From IMG/VR virus record IMGVR_UViG_2695420589_000017: a stretch of DNA of 9,184 nt; one strand, 5' to 3'. Of the stretch, positions 1-6,331 are shown piece by piece. Position 1 is the first letter of the stretch; every line of letters begins with the position of its first letter. The notes beneath the pieces are model-generated. The model was given only the letters and a program-made list of their open reading frames with translations, was not told the DNA's origin and ran no database searches. This DNA is from a virus. Taxonomy: Duplodnaviria; Heunggongvirae; Uroviricota; Caudoviricetes. The translations under genes and the position numbers were made by a program.

Positions 1-804
1 ATGCCGCTGGATAAATGCGAGCTACGCCACTGGCTGGCCTGTTTTGACCAGCTTGCTAAGCGTAATCCGGTATCAGCCGGCTTTTTGTTGCAGGTATGCA
101 AACAGGCGCTTAAGTACTGCCGTAAACGTCGCTACGCCGTCAGTAACGTTCTTGATGATATGGTCGTAGGTGATGTGGGAAAAAAAGCAGAAATAAGCGA
201 GCGAGTGCTAACAAACAAGGAGCTTGGCGAGCTACTCCGCGCACTGGATGAAAAAATTTTCCCGCCGTACTACAGCGCTTTAATTCGCCTTCTGATTGTC
301 TTCGGATGCCGTACCACTGAGCTAAGACGCTCCGAGGTTCGGGAATGGGATTTTAAAGAAATGCTCTGGACTGTGCCGAAAGAACACAGCAAAACGAAGG
401 TAGCAATATTCAGGCCAATACCGGAAGCGATCTTGCCGTTCGTCATGAAGCTGGTGGAGCAGAACAGGCACACGGGCTTATTGCTTGGAGAACTGAAAGG
501 GCAATCATCCGTAGCAGAGTACGGAAGAACGGCACACAGACGCATTAATCAAACCCCCTGGTCGTTGCACGACATCCGGCACACATTTACAACCATGCTG
601 AACGATTTAGGCGTGGATCCGCATATTGTCGAACAGCTTACTGCCCACCAGATGCCAGGAATGCAACGCGTCTATAACCACTCCCGTTATCTCGATGCAA
701 AGCGTGACGCTCTTAATCTATGGGTAGACCGTCTCGAGCTTCTCCAGAACAATGATGAAAAAATCGTTGTTATGACCCCGCGAATTTACCCCCAAAATTC
801 TTGA
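1..804 (+). CDS. int: Tyrosine recombinase / integrase, P4-like family, C-terminal 267 codons (5' end cut by window edge)
   Basis: Open frame from position 1 to TGA at 802-804. Translation carries tyrosine-recombinase catalytic-domain hallmarks (LHDIRHTFTTML = H-x-x-R box; RVYNHSRYLD = C-terminal Tyr region) and resembles P4-type integrases. Full-length members are about 400 aa or more, so the ATG at position 1 is most likely an internal Met. Confidence 0.85.
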   Translation: MPLDKCELRHWLACFDQLAKRNPVSAGFLLQVCKQALKYCRKRRYAVSNVLDDMVVGDVGKKAEISERVLTNKELGELLRALDEKIFPPYYSALIRLLIVFGCRTTELRRSEVREWDFKEMLWTVPKEHSKTKVAIFRPIPEAILPFVMKLVEQNRHTGLLLGELKGQSSVAEYGRTAHRRINQTPWSLHDIRHTFTTMLNDLGVDPHIVEQLTAHQMPGMQRVYNHSRYLDAKRDALNLWVDRLELLQNNDEKIVVMTPRIYPQNS

Positions 805-856
805 CAAATTACGGCTGTTTTTTCTTTAAGAGATTACAGCCGTGAATAGATCTTAG

Positions 857-882
857 AATATCGGGGAATATCTGCAAATATC
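857..882. repeat. Three AATATC direct repeats phased exactly 10 bp apart (857-862, 867-872, 877-882) in the int-alpA intergenic region; possible protein-binding sites
   Basis: Read directly: agAATATCggggAATATCtgcaAATATCttc. One-helical-turn spacing is typical of arrayed binding sites for a DNA-binding protein; function not established. Confidence 0.3.
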
Positions 883-1223
883 TTCTCTTTATATGTGTCA
901 ACTATCGAAAAAAATTGAAATGTCTTCTTCTGAGTTCTTATTCTCTGTTTCTTGATTGTTCCAACACCTGATGGTTTATCTATTTGTTTTTAATGAGGTA
1001 ATTCAGGTGACATGCCAAATGACGACATTTTTTGTTGCGTCGCTTAAAAACTCGTGACACGATTTTAAACACTAACGAGCTTCTACGAACCTTAGCGAAC
1101 AAAGCCTTTAGTATGGTTGTGTTTTTAATTTAAGAGGTGAAAAAGAATCTAAGTAATATCCGATCTCATATATCTACAGCTAAGAGAAAAGTTTATATAC
1201 GTAATTTTTATGTAGGTTTTTGT

Positions 1224-1433
1224 ATGCGTGAAATAAATGAAGATCGCGTAATCCGTGAGGATGAATGTCGTAAGTTAACTGGAGTGTGTCGCACTACACG
1301 CTACGAACTGGAGAAAAAAGGGAGCTTTCCGTCTCGCCGTAATCTTGGTGGGCGTTCTGTAGGTTGGCTGCTGTCCGAGGTTATGGAATGGGTTAAAAGC
1401 CGGGATCGCATTAATTCAGGTAAGGCAGCGTAA
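1224..1433 (+). CDS. alpA: AlpA-family phage transcriptional regulator (MerR-like HTH; excisionase/activator type)
   Basis: 69-aa product MREINEDRVIREDECRKLTGVCRTTRYELEKKGSFPSRRNLGGRSVGWLLSEVMEWVKSRDRI has the size and HTH-like pattern of AlpA proteins found beside P4-type integrases. ATG 1224 is preceded by AGG at 1214-1216; the longer GTG-1137 start lacks an RBS (the GTG lies inside GAGGTG). Confidence 0.75.
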   Translation: MREINEDRVIREDECRKLTGVCRTTRYELEKKGSFPSRRNLGGRSVGWLLSEVMEWVKSRDRINSGKAA

Positions 1434-1462
1434 AGGGGAGCATATGACATATAAAACAAAGA

Positions 1463-1478
1463 CGACCGGGGGCGGTCG
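1463..1478 (-). terminator. Candidate rho-independent terminator for the minus-strand unit (hairpin CGACCG-GGGG-CGGTCG followed on the minus strand by a U-rich tract)
   Basis: 6-bp GC stem with 4-nt loop at 1463-1478. The minus-strand transcript continues into UCUUUGUUUUAUAU (reverse complement of 1447-1460). No T-run follows on the plus strand, so it is not a good terminator for alpA. Confidence 0.35.
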
Positions 1479-1547
1479 CCAATGGATACACACTAAACTT
1501 GAACGCATCACCAACAATGCCACATTTGCGGCTGGTGGGCAATGTGA

Positions 1548-1721
1548 TCAGTCAGATTTTGTTCGTTCCAAGGTTTGCAACGAGAGCTTTTTCCTGTGCT
1601 CTTTAAGGAATTTCTCAAGAGCAAAAGCACATGGCGCGAATCTTTCTGATTCATGCTCTATCTTTCTGCGCCGTCTTTTCCGTGCCGGTGATAATGTTTT
1701 GGTCAATTCTTTATCGGTCAT
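1548..1721 (-). CDS. Hypothetical small basic protein (57 aa; MTDKELTKTLSPARKRRRRKIEHESERF...)
   Basis: Minus-strand ORF downstream of the 101-aa gene. The internal ATG (minus-strand coordinate 1721) is preceded by AGGA with about 7-nt spacing; the longer ATG at 1736 is an alternative. Lys/Arg-rich product and a plausible terminator 70 nt downstream. Short, so coding status is uncertain. Confidence 0.35.
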   Translation of the reverse strand: MTDKELTKTLSPARKRRRRKIEHESERFAPCAFALEKFLKEHRKKLSLQTLERTKSD

Positions 1722-1778
1722 TGTGTTGTCCTGCATAGCAATGCGCCGTAATACCTTACACCACGGCGCTGATGGTGA

Positions 1779-2084
1779 TTACTCTGGTTCTTTGGTCTTG
1801 CGACGCTGGAGTTCTTCGCGTGCAACGGTGACAAGCTGCCCGATTTCTTCCGCTGCTTTGATGCCGATTTGTTCGACCTTAGCCAGGGCATCCAGTGACG
1901 ACACAAGGGGATTTTCTCCGCTGCCTTCTGCTTGGCGGCGGGCTATTTCTCCGCGCATGGCGGTTACGATAAATCCGGCATTGCTTTCGCCGTCCAGCTT
2001 AACGGATTCCATCCCTTGCATAACATCTAGTGGGACTCTGACAGTTGTCAGTTGTGATTTTGCGTTTTTGTTAGCCGTTGCCAT
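1779..2084 (-). CDS. Hypothetical 101-aa protein, putative ribbon-helix-helix (Arc/CopG-like) transcriptional regulator
   Basis: ATG at minus 2084 preceded by AGGAG (reverse complement of 2093-2097) with 8-nt spacing. N-terminal segment TTVRVPLDVMQGMESVKLDGESNAGFIVTAMRGEI fits a beta-strand/helix/helix pattern typical of RHH repressors (inference from pattern only). Transcribed divergently from the early operon, next to a palindromic operator. Confidence 0.6.
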   Translation of the reverse strand: MATANKNAKSQLTTVRVPLDVMQGMESVKLDGESNAGFIVTAMRGEIARRQAEGSGENPLVSSLDALAKVEQIGIKAAEEIGQLVTVAREELQRRKTKEPE

Positions 2085-2145
2085 TTCTGAAACTCCTAAT
2101 CATCGGTGTGTTTCAGTATACACAAAAAAAGAAATACAAAAAGCC

Positions 2146-2183
2146 TTGACGTGTGTTTCATGCGCTCATAACATGAAACACAC
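2146..2183 (+). promoter_or_regulatory. Putative sigma70 early promoter (-35 TTGACG 2146-2151, 17-bp spacer, -10 TAACAT 2169-2174) overlapped by a perfect 12-bp inverted repeat operator GTGTGTTTCATG-N9-CATGAAACACAC (2151-2162 / 2172-2183)
   Basis: Read directly from sequence. The palindrome arms are exact reverse complements. A third direct copy of the half-site GTGTGTTTCA lies at 2106-2115 on the side of the leftward gene. Confidence 0.45.
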
Positions 2184-2281
2184 CGAAAGGATTGTTGAAA
2201 TACAAAGAGCAACGCCCCGCAGTGCCGGAAACACATACGGGGCGTCTAACCACCAACGATAACGAGAGTATCGAGGCAGCT

Positions 2282-2485
2282 ATGAGAAATCATACCATAC
2301 ACCCGCAAGGGCGGGACTCGTACAACCTGAATAAATACATCTGGCGTTTTATCGCCCTGAGCACGGCACAACCGCGCGTGATTACCATTGAGGCCAGCAG
2401 CGAACAGGAAGCACGCCAGCAATCCCCGGCTGGCTGCGTGATGGTATTCGCCGCCCGTATTCGTCAGGGGGGGTGCCATGCCTGA
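2282..2485 (+). CDS. Icd/Kil-like small protein (host cell-division inhibitor-like, P4 family), 67 aa
   Basis: ATG 2282 with GAGG at 2273-2276 (5-nt spacing). Product MRNHTIHPQGRDSYNLNKYIWRFIALSTAQPRVITIEASSEQEARQQSPAGCVMVFAARIRQGG matches my recollection of the Icd-like pattern (F.A....PRVI.IEA...EAR....FAAR..QGG) found as first gene of P4-type early operons; not verified by alignment. The upstream TTG-2192 extension has no usable RBS spacing. Confidence 0.55.
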   Translation: MRNHTIHPQGRDSYNLNKYIWRFIALSTAQPRVITIEASSEQEARQQSPAGCVMVFAARIRQGGCHA

Positions 2486-2798
2486 TATGTCAAATTACCA
2501 GTACCTGATTAATCCGCATTTTAACTGTGAGCATGATATTGCTAAAAAGGTTTATTCCGCTGCGGATGGGGCTACTGACAATATATCAATGGCTGTTGCG
2601 TCAATTGGTAGCCTGATGTGGCATGCGTCAGAAAATGAGGACTATGACGAAAAGGCCATGCGCATTGATATGGGTAATATCGGTTTGTTACTGGCAATGC
2701 TTGGACATTTTGATATTTCGTTACGGTGCACCATTGAAAATGCCACAGATGCATTAAATGCTATAAAGAAAGCGAATACTGATTCAAATCGGGGATAA
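2478..2798 (+). CDS. Hypothetical protein, 106 aa, no recognisable motif
   Basis: ATG 2478 overlaps the stop of the upstream gene (2483-2485) and follows a G-rich RBS-like tract. Acidic, compact, in operon with the replication gene. No motif I can assign. Confidence 0.6.
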   Translation: MPDMSNYQYLINPHFNCEHDIAKKVYSAADGATDNISMAVASIGSLMWHASENEDYDEKAMRIDMGNIGLLLAMLGHFDISLRCTIENATDALNAIKKANTDSNRG

Positions 2799-2804
2799 AT
2801 AATC

Positions 2805-3104
2805 ATGAGAACGTATTTATCTGGCTTGACTGCCAGCGGTTATGCACACCCCCAAATTATCCCCGGCGCTATTTATCTGGATAAGAACGGTAACAGAGTA
2901 ACGGTAAAAGAACTGATGTTTGACCGTGTGTATTTTATCCGTGATGGCTATTCATTTCTTAGTTCGCTGAACGTGGAGATCTTTATTAGCAGATTCAGTC
3001 GGGAAATCCCGCTTTCCAGAAATAACCATGTGTCATGTATGGATGTTGATAAAAAACTACAGGAACTAAAAAACATGATTGCCGCGTGGAGAGAGCAGAA
3101 ATGA
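2805..3104 (+). CDS. Hypothetical protein, 99 aa, no recognisable motif
   Basis: ATG 2805 is 6 nt after the upstream stop; its own stop (3102-3104) overlaps the ATG of the helicase gene (ATGA), indicating translational coupling. Confidence 0.6.
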   Translation: MRTYLSGLTASGYAHPQIIPGAIYLDKNGNRVTVKELMFDRVYFIRDGYSFLSSLNVEIFISRFSREIPLSRNNHVSCMDVDKKLQELKNMIAAWREQK

Positions 3105-4891
3105 AAAAAGCGCCAAATTTAAAACACCAGCCGCGTGACAAAATGACGGAAGTCATCATTTTTGCGGGTAGTGATGCGTGGGCACATGCGAAACAGTGGC
3201 AGGAACAGGACGGGCGACTGGCTGGCGATAACGTGCCACCTGTCTGGCTTGGAGAGCAACAACTTGCCGAACTGGACAACCTGCAAATCGTACCGGACGG
3301 ACGCTATCGCGTGCGTCTCTATCAGGCGGGGTTATTGCGTCCGGGGCTTGTTAATACCATCGGGCAGAAACTGGCAGTGGCAGGTGTCAGGGATGCTGAT
3401 TATTACCCTGAAGGAATGCACAGCCAGAAACGGGAGAACTGGCGCGAATATCTGGAACGTGAACGGGCAGAGCAGGCGGAAAAGAAAAAGGTAGTTGAAC
3501 TGCCTGTAAAGAAAAAAGAGCGGGTAAAAGACGATAACGCTTCATCACTGGCGCTTAACCAGATGGGAGCAAGTCAACGCGGCGAAGTTCTCCTGGCACA
3601 TTATGGCGGTGAACTGGCGATTCATGCTGACTCTGACACTGTTCACCATTACAACGGCGTTGTATGGGAGCCAGTACAGGATAAAGAATTACAGCGAGCT
3701 ATGGCACAGATTTTCATTGATGCGGAGATCAGCTATTCGCAGAACGCCATTAAATCGGCGGTCGATACCATGAAGTTAAGTTTGCCTGTAATGGGGAATA
3801 CAGCCCGTAACCTGATTGGATTCAGTAACGGGGTATTTGATACCAGAACAGGTAATTTTCGGGAGCATAACAAAAACGACTGGTTGTTAATTGCCAGTGA
3901 ATTACCTTTCAGCCCACCAGCAGAGGGGGAAACGCTGGCAACACATGCGCCGAATTTCTGGAAGTGGTTACGCCGTTCGGTGGCTGAGAATGACCGCAAG
4001 GCGGATCGCGTACTGGCTGTATTATTCATGGTGCTGGCGAACCGGTACGACTGGCAGTTATTCATTGAGGTAACAGGTCCAGGGGGAAGTGGTAAAAGCG
4101 TGATGGCGGAGATTTGCACCATGCTGGCGGGTAAGGCCAACACAGTATCGGCAAGCATGAAGGCGCTGGAAGATGCAAGGGAACGCGCGTTAGTGGTTGG
4201 CTTTTCGCTGATTATCATGCCGGATATGACCCGCTACGCTGGTGATGGGGCAGGGATTAAGGCCATTACAGGCGGTGACAAGGTGGCAATTGACCCGAAA
4301 CACAAAGCCCCCTACTCAACGCGTATTCCGGCAGTAGTGCTGGCGGTTAACAATAACGCCATGTCATTCAGTGACCGCAGCGGGGGGATCTCACGTCGTC
4401 GGGTGATATTCAATTTTTCGGAAGTTGTACCGGAGAACGAACGCGACCCCATGCTGGCAGAAAAAATAGAAGGAGAGCTGGCGGTTGTGATTCGCCACCT
4501 GCTTACTCGTTTTTCTGACCAGGACGAAGCTAAACGCCTGCTGTATGAGCAGCAGAAATCAGAAGAAGCTCTGGTGATAAAACGCGAGGGCGATTCGCTG
4601 GTGGACTTCTGCGGCTATCTCATGTCGTCGGTAATGTGTGATGGTCTGTTAGTGGGTAATGCCGAAATTATTCCGTTCAGTCCGCGCAGGTATCTTTATC
4701 ACGCCTATCTGGCATATATGAGGGCACACGGATTCGGTAAACCTGTAACACTGACGCGCTTCGGTAAAGATATGCCGGGGGCAATGGCGGAATATGGCAG
4801 GGAGTATATGAAACGGAAAACGAAGCACGGTTTGCGTTCAAATGTGACCCTGACAGAGGATTCAGAAGACTGGATGCCATCATGTGCATAG
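3101..4891 (+). CDS. Replication protein: P4 alpha-like / D5-family SF3 helicase with origin-binding C-terminus (phage/plasmid primase P4-family C-terminal domain); N-terminal primase domain not evident
   Basis: 596-aa frame; ATG 3101 with GGAGAGAG 5 nt upstream. Walker A motif EVTGPGGSGKSV followed by a hydrophobic stretch ending in D (LIIMPDM). Overall size and layout match P4-family helicase-type replication proteins. Iterons lie immediately downstream. Confidence 0.85.
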   Translation: MKKAPNLKHQPRDKMTEVIIFAGSDAWAHAKQWQEQDGRLAGDNVPPVWLGEQQLAELDNLQIVPDGRYRVRLYQAGLLRPGLVNTIGQKLAVAGVRDADYYPEGMHSQKRENWREYLERERAEQAEKKKVVELPVKKKERVKDDNASSLALNQMGASQRGEVLLAHYGGELAIHADSDTVHHYNGVVWEPVQDKELQRAMAQIFIDAEISYSQNAIKSAVDTMKLSLPVMGNTARNLIGFSNGVFDTRTGNFREHNKNDWLLIASELPFSPPAEGETLATHAPNFWKWLRRSVAENDRKADRVLAVLFMVLANRYDWQLFIEVTGPGGSGKSVMAEICTMLAGKANTVSASMKALEDARERALVVGFSLIIMPDMTRYAGDGAGIKAITGGDKVAIDPKHKAPYSTRIPAVVLAVNNNAMSFSDRSGGISRRRVIFNFSEVVPENERDPMLAEKIEGELAVVIRHLLTRFSDQDEAKRLLYEQQKSEEALVIKREGDSLVDFCGYLMSSVMCDGLLVGNAEIIPFSPRRYLYHAYLAYMRAHGFGKPVTLTRFGKDMPGAMAEYGREYMKRKTKHGLRSNVTLTEDSEDWMPSCA

Positions 4892-4929
4892 GTCACAAAT
4901 GACGATGGAAAAAATTAAACTTATGGAAT

Positions 4930-5154
4930 AACTGTTCACCACTGTTCACCCTGCAATAAATGTCTTTTATATCAGTATATTATAGGGTGAACAGTTATTT
5001 ATGAACTGTTCACCAAACTATTCACTGTTCACCTTTTTGATTCTTTATTGAGCTTTAAGGGTGAACAGTGGTGAACAGTTGGTGAATAGTTTTTGTGAAA
5101 CTGTTAACCCATTAACATCATGAATAAAAAGGGAAAATTGCAAAAGGTGAACAG
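4930..5154. repeat. Iteron array / putative replication origin (ori or crr-like): at least 8 perfect copies of CTGTTCACC / GGTGAACAG in both orientations plus degenerate copies, with an AT-rich segment at 4956-4985
   Basis: Perfect 9-mers at 4932-4940, 4942-4950, 5006-5014, 5025-5033 (forward) and 4986-4994, 5060-5068, 5070-5078, 5146-5154 (reverse); degenerate copies at 5081-5089 and 5101-5109. The core contains TGTTCACC, which I recall as the type I iteron bound by P4 alpha protein. Confidence 0.75.
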
Positions 5155-5205
5155 GTGAAGGGTTAAAATGCAAAAATTTTATTTTATTGCTGTGAGGTAA
5201 AGCCT

Positions 5206-5451
5206 GTGACAACGAAGCACGCCAAAAAACCACAATCTCACGCCCTTGATTTGACAGAACACTGGCTGAGGGTGGCGATAAAAATCATCGACCGCAACGC
5301 CGGGGAAGGATACGCGAAAGCACATCCCGAACTGATAAGCGCATTCATGACCACGACGGCGGCAAACTTTGCCACGCTGACAGAACGGGAGATTGCCGAA
5401 GCGGAACAGGTGACAACCATCAACGTTAAAACCGGAGAGCAGACAGCATGA
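5206..5451 (+). CDS. Hypothetical protein, 81 aa (GTG start)
   Basis: GTG 5206 with GAGG at 5194-5197 (8-nt spacing). Stop overlaps the ATG of the downstream SSB-like gene (ATGA at 5448-5451). No recognisable motif. Confidence 0.5.
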   Translation: MTTKHAKKPQSHALDLTEHWLRVAIKIIDRNAGEGYAKAHPELISAFMTTTAANFATLTEREIAEAEQVTTINVKTGEQTA

Positions 5452-5870
5452 CAGCACAGATAGCGGCTTACGGGCGGCTGGTGGCTGACCCGCAGTTAAA
5501 GACCACCAGCAAGGGTACGCAAATGACGATGGCGAGTATGGCGGTTCCCCTGCCGTGCAGCCAGGCAGATGACGGAACGGCGACGATATGGTTATCCGTC
5601 CTGGCGTTTGGCAGACAGGCTGACGCACTGGCAAAGCACCAGAAAGGCGAGCTGGTGAGCGTGGCGGGTAACATGCAGGTAAGCCAGTGGACAGGCCAGA
5701 ACGGAGAAACGCGGCAGGGCTGGCAGGTTATCGCAGACAGTGTAATCAGTGCCAGAACGGCGCGACCGGGCGGTAAAAAAGGCCAACAGGGGCAGGCCAC
5801 TGATGCACTGAACAGGGCCAAACAACAGGCGGGGAATGATGATCCGTACGGGGATAACATACCGTTTTAA
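5448..5870 (+). CDS. ssb: Single-stranded DNA-binding protein (SSB)-like, 140 aa, with conserved acidic C-terminal tip ...DDPYGDNIPF
   Basis: N-terminal OB-fold region parallels E. coli SSB in layout (GRLVADPQLKTTSKG...; WLSVLAFGRQADALAKHQKGELVSVAGNMQVSQWTGQNGETRQGWQV), a Gly/Gln-rich linker, and a C-terminus ending in IPF like the SSB DDDIPF tip. GGAGAG RBS 10 nt upstream. Confidence 0.8.
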   Translation: MTAQIAAYGRLVADPQLKTTSKGTQMTMASMAVPLPCSQADDGTATIWLSVLAFGRQADALAKHQKGELVSVAGNMQVSQWTGQNGETRQGWQVIADSVISARTARPGGKKGQQGQATDALNRAKQQAGNDDPYGDNIPF

Positions 5871-5885
5871 GCAACGAGTGACAGA

Positions 5886-5908
5886 AGCCGGAGCAATCCG
5901 GCTTTTTT
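5886..5908 (+). terminator. Rho-independent terminator after the SSB-like gene
   Basis: Stem AGCCGGA / TCCGGCT (5886-5892 / 5897-5903) with loop GCAA, followed by a run of six T (5903-5908). Confidence 0.65.
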
Positions 5909-5919
5909 GTAGGTACTCC

Positions 5920-6214
5920 NNNNNNNNNNNNNNNNNNNNNNNNNNNNNNNNNNNNNNNNNNNNNNNNNNNNNNNNNNNNNNNNNNNNNNNNNNNNNNNNN
6001 NNNNNNNNNNNNNNNNNNNNNNNNNNNNNNNNNNNNNNNNNNNNNNNNNNNNNNNNNNNNNNNNNNNNNNNNNNNNNNNNNNNNNNNNNNNNNNNNNNNN
6101 NNNNNNNNNNNNNNNNNNNNNNNNNNNNNNNNNNNNNNNNNNNNNNNNNNNNNNNNNNNNNNNNNNNNNNNNNNNNNNNNNNNNNNNNNNNNNNNNNNNN
6201 NNNNNNNNNNNNNN
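5920..6214. other. Run of 295 N (unresolved or masked sequence; true length unknown)
   Basis: Directly visible; no flanking repeat. Confidence 1.
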
Positions 6215-6331
6215 CCCGATGGTGCCACCGGAGGCGCTTTGTCAGCGACAAAGGATACTGCCACTACCGAAATGATGAGTCTTAATTGTGCTGGCGTGGC
6301 AATAATTAGTCAATTCTTTTGCTGGTATGAC

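Noticed and set aside
1-3. ATG at window position 1 as the integrase start codon
   Set aside because: The protein would lack most of the N-terminal arm-binding and core-binding region expected for a P4-type integrase; the ORF is open to the window edge, so the true start is upstream.
811-843. Inverted repeat after int as a rho-independent terminator
   Set aside because: The 8-bp stem encloses a 17-nt loop and is not followed by a T-run on either strand, so it is reported only as a possible binding site.
1137-1433. Long 98-aa version of the AlpA gene starting at GTG 1137
   Set aside because: The GTG lies inside the only purine-rich stretch (GAGGTG) so no RBS precedes it. AlpA proteins are about 60-70 aa, and the internal ATG 1224 gives that size.
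1444-2262. 272-aa plus-strand ORF
   Set aside because: Overlaps the better-supported minus-strand genes (1548-1721, 1779-2084) and the divergent promoter region; product is low-complexity (Ser/Leu/Arg-rich); no RBS. Judged an antisense shadow ORF.
2192-2485. 97-aa version of the Icd-like ORF starting at TTG 2192
   Set aside because: The purine-rich tract sits only 1 nt before the TTG. The internal ATG 2282 has a well-spaced GAGG and yields the ~67-aa size expected for Icd-like proteins.
3162-4218. Alternative-frame and antisense ORFs inside the helicase gene (3162-3494 plus, 3733-4218 minus, 3891-4073 plus)
   Set aside because: Fully embedded in a long ORF with strong motif support; no RBS; products are Arg/Ser-rich in the way typical of off-frame translation.
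4930-5154. Possible CRISPR array suggested by the short repeats
   Set aside because: Repeats are 9-11 bp, occur in both orientations with irregular spacing and no unique spacers, and sit next to a replication helicase gene. This is iteron architecture, not CRISPR. No cas genes in the window.
5179-5860. Minus-strand ORFs 5179-5634 and 5468-5860, and plus ORF 5238-5423
   Set aside because: Antisense to, or off-frame within, the coupled 81-aa and SSB-like genes; Cys/Pro/Ala-rich shadow ORFs.
5592-6285. ORFs in the six-frame track that span the first N run (5592-6251 minus, 5746-6264 minus, 5836-6285 plus)
   Set aside because: Their length comes from translating N as X; not interpretable as genes. 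Only the post-gap tail 6215-6285 might belong to a real truncated gene.
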